IMG/VR virus record: IMGVR_UViG_3300025848_000183
Coordinates: 1 to 24,120 of that record
Length of the DNA stretch: 24,120 bases
DNA from: a virus
Taxonomy: Duplodnaviria > Caudoviricetes
Direction: 5' to 3' (one strand)
A program made the translations under genes and the position numbers. Shown here piece by piece: positions 1 to 6,137 of this stretch. The notes beneath the pieces were generated by a model. That model saw nothing but the letters and a program-made list of their open reading frames with translations, was not told where the DNA came from and did no database searches. Every line of letters begins with the position of its first letter. The stretch's first letter is position 1.

Positions 1-1
1 T

Positions 2-100
2 TTCCTCGAGCGTGTCAAGCATTTCTTCGATGGACGGGAAGCTCCTGCGGACGACTCGCCAGAGCAAGGAGAGGGCGCAGGCCGCCGCCCGCTCAATCAT
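2..100 (-). CDS. small hypothetical protein, runs off the window edge (MIERAAACALSLLWRVVRRSFPSIEEMLDTLEE...)
   Basis: Translated by hand. ATG at 100 overlaps the end of the 93-191 ORF (ATGATTGA). Frame is open to the window edge. No clear SD. Confidence 0.45.
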   Translation of the reverse strand, partial: MIERAAACALSLLWRVVRRSFPSIEEMLDTLEE

Positions 101-191
101 CGGGCAGTAGCGAGAAGATGGCGCCGGCGACAAGGTTACCGATCGTCGTCCCCAGCGTGACGACCAGGAGCAGCTCTCCGAACGTCAGCAC
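93..191 (-). CDS. 32-aa hydrophobic micro-protein, probable single TM helix (MLTFGELLLVVTLGTTIGNLVAGAIFSLLPDD)
   Basis: GTG start overlaps the upstream stop (GTGCTGA). AAGGGT SD-like element 5 nt upstream. Continuous hydrophobic stretch. Confidence 0.55.
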   Translation of the reverse strand: MLTFGELLLVVTLGTTIGNLVAGAIFSLLPDD

Positions 192-325
192 GGCTTACCC
201 TTGCCGCTCTTTTTCTTCTTCTTCATTTCTTCTTCCCTCCTGCGCCTTCGCCTGGCGAAGACAACGATCTCCGCGATCCCTTTGGCGACCGCGACAACTG
301 CCCTGACGATCGGGACGATGTTCAC
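185..325 (-). CDS. 46-aa amphipathic, highly basic peptide (MNIVPIVRAVVAVAKGIAEIVVFARRRRRREEEMKKKKKSGKGKPC)
   Basis: GTG start in a GTGA overlap with the upstream stop. GGAGG SD 7 nt upstream. Purine-rich Arg/Glu/Lys codon run. Confidence 0.65.
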   Translation of the reverse strand: MNIVPIVRAVVAVAKGIAEIVVFARRRRRREEEMKKKKKSGKGKPC

Positions 326-393
326 CGTCCCGCCTCCGTTGCGATGATCGCCGCGATCGCGATGATCATTCCGAATCCGATGAGCGTGATCAT
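322..393 (-). CDS. 23-aa hydrophobic micro-protein (MITLIGFGMIIAIAAIIATEAGR)
   Basis: ATGA overlap at the start and GTGA overlap at the stop. Almost entirely one TM-like segment, with ATC/GCG codons like neighbouring genes. Confidence 0.55.
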   Translation of the reverse strand: MITLIGFGMIIAIAAIIATEAGR

Positions 394-473
394 GCGACCA
401 TCCAATGAAAGTGGATCTCGGGATAGATGATGTGCATTGTCGGGTAGAACCAGCAACACCAAGCGACGGTCAT
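390..473 (-). CDS. 27-aa Trp/Cys/His-rich micro-protein (MTVAWCCWFYPTMHIIYPEIHFHWMVA)
   Basis: AGGAG SD 6 nt upstream of ATG 473. ATGA overlaps at both ends. The longer 390..713 ORF-track version overlaps a better gene. Confidence 0.55.
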   Translation of the reverse strand: MTVAWCCWFYPTMHIIYPEIHFHWMVA

Positions 474-697
474 CGGCGACTCCTGACCACCGGAGGCTTC
501 ACGGGGAGAAGATCGAGAACACGATCGGCGCGTTCGAGCGCGCGAGCGAGCTTCTCCGGCCAGAGCCAGTCGACCTTCCCGTCGAGCGCCAGATCGATCG
601 CCCGAATCGCCACGACGCTGAGGCTCAGGGTCGTTCGCAGAGCGATCGCGGCTCCAAGCACCGCGCCGGTAACAGCCGCGAGTTCTTCGTTCGTCAT
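470..697 (-). CDS. 75-aa membrane-associated hypothetical protein, possibly holin-like
   Basis: Strong SD GAGGAGG. N-terminal hydrophobic segment (AAVTGAVLGAAIAL...LSLSVVAI) and basic C-terminus. Lies just downstream of the XhlA-like gene. Confidence 0.7.
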   Translation of the reverse strand: MTNEELAAVTGAVLGAAIALRTTLSLSVVAIRAIDLALDGKVDWLWPEKLARALERADRVLDLLPVKPPVVRSRR

Positions 698-711
698 GCT
701 CTTTCCTCCTC

Positions 712-768
712 ACGAGAGCGTACCACGGAGTTCACGGCAAGCCCCTGCACTCTCCCGGTCGCTCTCAT
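712..768 (-). promoter_or_regulatory. long imperfect RNA hairpin directly upstream of the SD of the 75-aa gene; also a 24-codon bridging ORF at 694-768
   Basis: On the minus strand ATGAGAGCG-ACCG-GGAG pairs with CTCC-(G)-TGGT-(A)-CGCTCTCGT, including G-U pairs, with an inner GCAG/TTGC stem. Confidence 0.55.
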
Positions 769-1025
769 GGCACGTCCCCTAGCGCCGAGATGGCCCACGC
801 GACGGCGCCGAGCAGGCCCGAGACAACGAATGCCGCTCCAGCCGCCCACGCGCGGATCCACGCCTGCGTCTTCTCGATCGACGCCACGCGCTCGTCGGTC
901 CGCTCGCACACGGAGAGCCGCGCCTCGAGCCGCTCGTCCATCCGCTCGACGAGGGCGCGCAGTTCCGCAACACGGTCTCCGACCGCCTCGACGCGCTCGA
1001 CCACGGAGACGAGCAGATCGCTCAT
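765..1025 (-). CDS. 86-aa coiled-coil plus C-terminal TM protein (XhlA/holin-associated-like)
   Basis: Heptad-like N-terminal region (VERVEAVGDRVAELRALVERMDERLE...RVASIEKTQAW) followed by a hydrophobic helix (AWAAGAAFVVSGLLGAVAWAI). ATGA overlap with the upstream gene. Confidence 0.7.
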   Translation of the reverse strand: MSDLLVSVVERVEAVGDRVAELRALVERMDERLEARLSVCERTDERVASIEKTQAWIRAWAAGAAFVVSGLLGAVAWAISALGDVP

Positions 1026-2122
1026 GGCGTGATGTACACGATCGCGATGTAGCCGTCCGAGCCCGCGCCGCCGTTACCGCCGTTGCCACCGGCTCCGCCC
1101 GAACCGACTCCGCACCCGCCACCACCGCCGCCGCCACCACCGCCGCCGCCCAAGCCCCCGGTACCGGCCGTGCCGTTTCCGCCGTTGGACCCGGCGTTAC
1201 CAGCACCGGCCCCGCCGCCAGCGCCGCCGGCGGCCGAAGCGCCGCCCACACCGCCGGCAGCAACGGGCATGCCAGGGAATGGTTGAAAATCGTTCACGCG
1301 CACCGACGTGCCTCCGGCCGAGCTACCACCGCCACCTCCCGTGGTGCCGCTTGCCGCTCCGCCGGAACCACCGGCCAACCCAGACAGCAGCAAGCCCGTG
1401 GATGCCTGTAGCTGGGAGTAAGAACCGGAACCGCTCGTGCCGGCACTGCCGGCGTTGCTGGGGGAACCGCCGGCGCCCGCCACGGCAGCTGCACCTGAAT
1501 TGAACGACCCTGTACCCAAAACCTGCCCCGCAGCCCAGGTTGTGCCGATACTAGGGCTCCCGCCCGACGCGCCGCCGCCTCCGGATGTCCCAGCTGACCC
1601 GCCGGAACCAGACGAGCCCCCTCCGCAGCCGGCCACGGTGGTGGGCGTTGGCGAGTTATCGGCGTTACAGGCTTGGAAGATCAAACTCCCGGATCTCGAT
1701 ATCGACGAAACGCCGCCTTGAGAGCCCGCCGCGCCGGCGGAACCGCTGGCCCCGCTGCCGCCACCCGCGCCACCCGCGCCACCCGCGCCACCCGCGCCCA
1801 CTACGAGATCGTACGCCCCCGCGGTAGTCGTCAAAGGGACGCAGCTCAGGCACGCGGATCCTCCCGGACCACCGCCGCGGCCAGCACCGCCACCGCCGCC
1901 CGATGCGCCAGCGTATCCGCCGCCGCCGCCAGCTCCGCCAGCGCCTCCTCCCGCCCCAGGCCGGATGTACACGTAAACGAGATCAACCCCAGTCGGACAC
2001 GTCCACGTGTGCGCGCCAGCGGTGGCAAACTCATCGATTGTCCAAGACATACCTGCTCCTATGGGCAATCCCGCGATCGCCCGGACAACGTACCTGCGAT
2101 AACCTCGCTCAATCCGCCTCAT
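1022..2122 (-). CDS. glycine-rich tail fibre/adhesin-like protein (about 366 aa; alternative start at 2050)
   Basis: Characteristic borders of phage Gly-rich domains (EFATAGAHTWTCPTGVDLVYV...GAGGGAGG and GGAGSDGYIAIVY). ATG 2122 is in an ATGA overlap. Confidence 0.8.
   Translation of the reverse strand: MRRIERGYRRYVVRAIAGLPIGAGMSWTIDEFATAGAHTWTCPTGVDLVYVYIRPGAGGGAGGAGGGGGYAGASGGGGGAGRGGGPGGSACLSCVPLTTTAGAYDLVVGAGGAGGAGGAGGGSGASGSAGAAGSQGGVSSISRSGSLIFQACNADNSPTPTTVAGCGGGSSGSGGSAGTSGGGGASGGSPSIGTTWAAGQVLGTGSFNSGAAAVAGAGGSPSNAGSAGTSGSGSYSQLQASTGLLLSGLAGGSGGAASGTTGGGGGSSAGGTSVRVNDFQPFPGMPVAAGGVGGASAAGGAGGGAGAGNAGSNGGNGTAGTGGLGGGGGGGGGGGGCGVGSGGAGGNGGNGGAGSDGYIAIVYITP
1761..1796. repeat. 9-bp tandem repeat (CCACCCGCG)x4 encoding (AGG)n in the Gly-rich protein
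   Basis: Four perfect copies read directly from the sequence. Confidence 0.9.
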
Positions 2123-2556
2123 AGCCCGGCCTCCGCAGCCCAGATCCGTGCGTCGCGGTGCTGCGCGTCGTACGGGTCGGGTACCCGGCCGCGCATGCAC
2201 GCCGCCATGACGTGGAGCGCCTCGTGCGCGATCGGGTCGTAGTAGTCCTCGCGCGGAATGCCCGGAGCGACGACGATGAGGAAGATGCCGTTGAAGGGAG
2301 CAACGCACCCCTGCTCCTCCTTGAACGCGACGCAGACGCGGTCGAACGTCTCCGGCCCCTGCGCGGGGAGTACGAACGAACTGGCGAGGCAGCCGGAGAC
2401 GTCGGGGAGGCCCGCGTGTTCCCACTCCTCGAGCGCTCGGAGAACCGCGACGTTCTGCGGAAGGACCGGGGCCTCGACCGACACATCTAGGCATGACGAG
2501 CCAAAGGCGACGAGAAACGCCGCCATGGCCGCGGTTCTGCGCCAGATCTTGCTCAC
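2119..2556 (-). CDS. 145-aa putative lipoprotein with HExxH zinc-metallopeptidase motif
   Basis: GTG start in a GTGA overlap. Signal-peptide-like MSKIWRRTAAMAAFLVAFGSS-C. Motif IAHEALH with a downstream His (AQH). Confidence 0.7.
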   Translation of the reverse strand: MSKIWRRTAAMAAFLVAFGSSCLDVSVEAPVLPQNVAVLRALEEWEHAGLPDVSGCLASSFVLPAQGPETFDRVCVAFKEEQGCVAPFNGIFLIVVAPGIPREDYYDPIAHEALHVMAACMRGRVPDPYDAQHRDARIWAAEAGL

Positions 2557-2948
2557 AAACGGTTCTCGCTCATGTACGCGAACAGGTACCCGGTGGTCCC
2601 CGACGAGATGATCGCGAAGTCGGTGACGCTCGCGTCGTTCGGGATGCGGTAGCTGACCGTCGTCCCGGCGACGATCGGGAACCCCGTCGCGTTGTTCGTC
2701 GTGATGACCTCTGATGCGACGCCGCTCGTCTGGTTCAGCGTGACCGAGACAGCGGACCCGCCGAAGCTGATCTGCACGTCCAGGGTCACCGCGACAAAAG
2801 TCACGTACTTCCCCTTCCAACTGGAAGGGATATCGAATCGCTGACTCGCGGCGGTCGTCGCGACGCAGAAGTTGCCGCTCGAACCCGTGATCGCTCCGCT
2901 CATGGGAGGCGCTACGTCAACGGCCGGTTGTTCGTACTGGTGTGCCAT
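2553..2948 (-). CDS. 131-aa small beta-rich putative virion protein
   Basis: Thr/Ser/Val/Gly-rich with alternating beta-strand pattern. AGGA SD upstream. Located in the structural operon. Confidence 0.7.
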   Translation of the reverse strand: MAHQYEQPAVDVAPPMSGAITGSSGNFCVATTAASQRFDIPSSWKGKYVTFVAVTLDVQISFGGSAVSVTLNQTSGVASEVITTNNATGFPIVAGTTVSYRIPNDASVTDFAIISSGTTGYLFAYMSENRL

Positions 2949-2966
2949 GTTGCTATCCTATCACTT

Positions 2967-5900
2967 TCAGCGTTGTTTTCCGCCGCGGTCGCGCTCCGCA
3001 GAAAGGCGCCCGATCGGCTTCGTTGTCTCTGCCGCTTGCCCCGCCACGTCGGCCGCTCCGCGCAGCGCTCTGTGCGTCGCGATAGGAGCGCCCTTCGCGA
3101 TGCGTCGAGCCATCGAACCGATCACCATCGTGAGTGCGCCTGCCGCCTGCTCGCTCGACGCGGTGAGCTCGTCGACGGCTCCGGCCTGCACGAGCTTCGA
3201 GACGTAGTCGCCCAGTCCGTGATCCTCGAGGAACGCGGACAGGTCTTCTCGCATCCTCTGGCTTCCGTTCGCCATTTCGAGAAGCCTCTTTCTCGTGCTC
3301 TCGCGCAGTTGCTCCGGCGTTGTCTTCCGTGGGTCCGTTCCGAACAGCGTGGCGAAGCGATCGACCTCGCGGCGCGCGACGGAGACGGGCGCGTCTCTGA
3401 ATCGCTCGGAAACGTGAGCAGCTACGCGCTCGGACTTCACGGCCTCTGGCGACGTCCTGTTGAAGCCAAACAGCTTTTCCGACTTCGACGCCGCCCGCTC
3501 AGCGGCGCCGGCGGCTCGGAGGGTGGCTGCCGCGTCAGGGCCGACGAACTCCGAGATCTCTGCCCGCTTCTCAGGCGACCCGGCCGCGTACTTCGAGAGG
3601 CCCTCGCGAGCCTCGCTGAGTCGCTCTGGAGCGCGTTTCCCAACGTCGTACCCGAGGGCTTCGGCGACGGGAGAACGCGCCTCTCCCGCCCGCTTCAGTG
3701 CGCGCTGCGACCCGACTTCCACAGGGAGCGCTCGGGACAGCGACTCGGCCGCTCCCGGTGGCGCGTCTGGAGACCCGAGGATGGCGCGGTATGCCGCGTC
3801 TACGTTCTTCGTCGACCGGCCCACTGGCGCACCGAGCGACCCTGGTCCAGATATTCCGAGGATGGTTCGCGCAATCTCCGGCGCGTCCTCCTTTGCGACC
3901 CTCCCCGTCGCGAGGGCCGCGCGGAGCGCGTCTGCGGCCTGCGGGTTCTCTCGGATGGCAGCGAGCAGTTCCTCCGCTTCCCGTGGGGTGAACCCTCCGG
4001 CCGGCATCTCCGTCGAGACGCGGACCAGCGTTCGCTCCAGTGGCTGTCGGATCAGAGGCAGCGACTTCTCCTCCGGCATCACCGCCATGTCCGTTGGGAG
4101 GCCGAACAGCTCGAGACGACCCTTCGCCGCACCAAGGTCTGCCGCGTTCTCCCGCTGAATATCAGCAACATGCTTCGGTCTTGTCGCGACAAGACTCTTG
4201 ACGTATTCCGGATCTCCCGGATTGCTCGGATCGAATGTACTCGGGTCGATTCGCGCGTTTTCTTCCCGAATAGTCTGCTCTAGCTCGCGCACGGAGAGCG
4301 GCCTCGTCGGAGCGTTTCCGGTATCCGCGTGCACCGGTCCCGGAAGCTCCAGCCTACCGAGAGCCTTACCAAGGTACGAAGCTCGACCAGCGGCGACGCC
4401 GGAAATGCCTCCGAGGTGCCTGTCGCGAAGGGCCGCGATAGCTTCCGCCAGACCCTCAGTTGAGATAAGCTCGTCGGCAACTTCGTTTAGTCTTGCGCTC
4501 GAACGTCCGACGGCTCCGGCGTGCTCCGCGAGAAGGTGCTTTCCGACCGGATCGACCGCGGCCTCGGACGCGATCCGCGTGGCAGTAGACGGGACGCCGC
4601 CGGCGTCCTCGAACGACTTCTGAACCGACGCTGCGTAAGGCCCTGCGACCTCGTCAAGCCGAGCGGCGATCTCCGATCTGACAACACGCAGCGCCTCGTC
4701 GACGCCCTGCTCCGCGGCTATTTTTCGGACCGCTGTCGCCGACTCCGCTCGCGGCGCACCAGCGCGAACAAGATCGATGAACGCGGACTGTAGCTCCTCC
4801 GGAAGATCGCTGCCGATCGCTGACCTGGCGACTTCGACCTCGGCCGCGTCGATCGACGTGCGTAACGGTCGTCCCGTCTGCGTCATGAGCGACGACGTTA
4901 CACGCGGTATGGACCGAGAAGCGCCTTCGAGACCAAGAGCCTCCGCCGGGGCTCTGCCGGACGAGATCGCGGACGCCTCGCGGACGTCAGTGGGCGCGAG
5001 ATCGATCGGCCGTGGCTGATCGGCCAGGTCGCCGAGTCCTCCGAGCCGACTCTCCTGCGCCACGAGCCGTTTCGCCACGCCCCCGATCTTCGGATCCGCC
5101 GCGAGCTCGCCGGCGAGCGTTTCCGAGGTGTTAGCGTTCGGCCGATCCGGGTGTTTCATCGCCCGAAGCACGTCCGGGTCGAGCGTCGACTCGTCGATCC
5201 CGCCAAACGGCCCGACGGAGACTCCGGTGCGCTCGGCCTCGGTGGCGGCGCGCACAGCAGGAGATCGTTCCAGCAGGTTCGCTCCTCCGCGCGACGCGCC
5301 TCGTAGAGCGGAGAGGCCGACGGGCAGCATTCCTCCGAGTCCAGCGAGTCCAAGTTCCATGCCAGACGGAGCGGCGTCTTCGCCGGCCAAACCCCTCGAC
5401 GCGGCGCTCGTGCTCAGCCCAATAGCGCCTCCAGCCGCCGCCTGTTTGGCGGTCTCCTTGACCGTCGCCGTGGGGGCAAATAGATGAGAGCCAGCCCCCT
5501 TCGCTCCGGCGCCAAAACCGAGCACAGCTCCGACTCCTGCGCCTGCGAGCGTTGTGCCGGGGTGCTGGCTCTCCTCCTCGCGCATTCGAGAGAGTGTTCC
5601 TTGCGGAATCGCCCCGGACTGTTCTAGGGCGTAGATCGTTGCGTCGGAGAGCATGTTGCCAAGACCGAGCGTTGCCGCCGATCCGAGCCCGCGCACCATG
5701 GCCGGAGCGCGGCTCGCAACCTTCTCGGCCGCGAGCATCGCCGAGTCGGAGGCTCCTTCGGCCTCTCGCCCCTCCAGAAAGACCGCCGGTTGTCCTGACT
5801 CGATGCTCCTGGCGACCGCGTGCGCCCTTCCCGCCTGCTTCTCTCCGTACGTCGCGAACGGGCTGGGGTCGTCGTAAATCGCTCGACCGCCGACGTCCGC

Positions 5901-6137
5901 AGGAACATCTTCTCCGGCCTCGTTCTTCACGAACGGCAGAAACATCGTCGTTTTGTCCTGCATGGCAGGAGAAACGCCGAGCGGCGGTCGGTACGGATCC
6001 GGGTCTTTCGGAGCAGAGCCACCGCGACGAGCAACCTCTGCCATGACGACCTCGCGCGCCTTCGCCACCGTCTCCGGACGAAAATGCTCCTGGTCGCGCA
6101 TGATCCTTTGCGCAAGCTCGAGCTCCCGATCACTCAT
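2967..6137 (-). CDS. 1056-aa large putative internal virion/DNA ejection protein
   Basis: Long Ala/Gly/Glu/Arg-rich helical protein with Gly-zipper-like hydrophobic segments (GLGSAATLGLG, HPGTTLAGAGVGAVLGFG). Last and largest of four genes after the tail hub, as in P22/T7-type ejection modules. Confidence 0.7.
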   Translation of the reverse strand: MSDRELELAQRIMRDQEHFRPETVAKAREVVMAEVARRGGSAPKDPDPYRPPLGVSPAMQDKTTMFLPFVKNEAGEDVPADVGGRAIYDDPSPFATYGEKQAGRAHAVARSIESGQPAVFLEGREAEGASDSAMLAAEKVASRAPAMVRGLGSAATLGLGNMLSDATIYALEQSGAIPQGTLSRMREEESQHPGTTLAGAGVGAVLGFGAGAKGAGSHLFAPTATVKETAKQAAAGGAIGLSTSAASRGLAGEDAAPSGMELGLAGLGGMLPVGLSALRGASRGGANLLERSPAVRAATEAERTGVSVGPFGGIDESTLDPDVLRAMKHPDRPNANTSETLAGELAADPKIGGVAKRLVAQESRLGGLGDLADQPRPIDLAPTDVREASAISSGRAPAEALGLEGASRSIPRVTSSLMTQTGRPLRTSIDAAEVEVARSAIGSDLPEELQSAFIDLVRAGAPRAESATAVRKIAAEQGVDEALRVVRSEIAARLDEVAGPYAASVQKSFEDAGGVPSTATRIASEAAVDPVGKHLLAEHAGAVGRSSARLNEVADELISTEGLAEAIAALRDRHLGGISGVAAGRASYLGKALGRLELPGPVHADTGNAPTRPLSVRELEQTIREENARIDPSTFDPSNPGDPEYVKSLVATRPKHVADIQRENAADLGAAKGRLELFGLPTDMAVMPEEKSLPLIRQPLERTLVRVSTEMPAGGFTPREAEELLAAIRENPQAADALRAALATGRVAKEDAPEIARTILGISGPGSLGAPVGRSTKNVDAAYRAILGSPDAPPGAAESLSRALPVEVGSQRALKRAGEARSPVAEALGYDVGKRAPERLSEAREGLSKYAAGSPEKRAEISEFVGPDAAATLRAAGAAERAASKSEKLFGFNRTSPEAVKSERVAAHVSERFRDAPVSVARREVDRFATLFGTDPRKTTPEQLRESTRKRLLEMANGSQRMREDLSAFLEDHGLGDYVSKLVQAGAVDELTASSEQAAGALTMVIGSMARRIAKGAPIATHRALRGAADVAGQAAETTKPIGRLSAERDRGGKQR

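Noticed and set aside
1080-1960. CCG/GCC-rich repeats as a possible CRISPR or non-coding repeat array
   Set aside because: No repeat-spacer structure. The pattern is explained by Gly/Ala codons of the minus-strand gene.
2123-2820. Long ORF-track versions of the Gly-rich (start 2494) and HExxH (start 2820) genes
   Set aside because: The extensions are Arg-rich off-frame readings of neighbouring genes. Coupled starts at 2122 and 2556 fit better.
1-2948. Endolysin or Rz/Rz1 spanin pair near the holin-like genes
   Set aside because: No muramidase, amidase or M15/M23 motif and no nested Pro-rich lipoprotein were recognised. These genes may lie outside the window.
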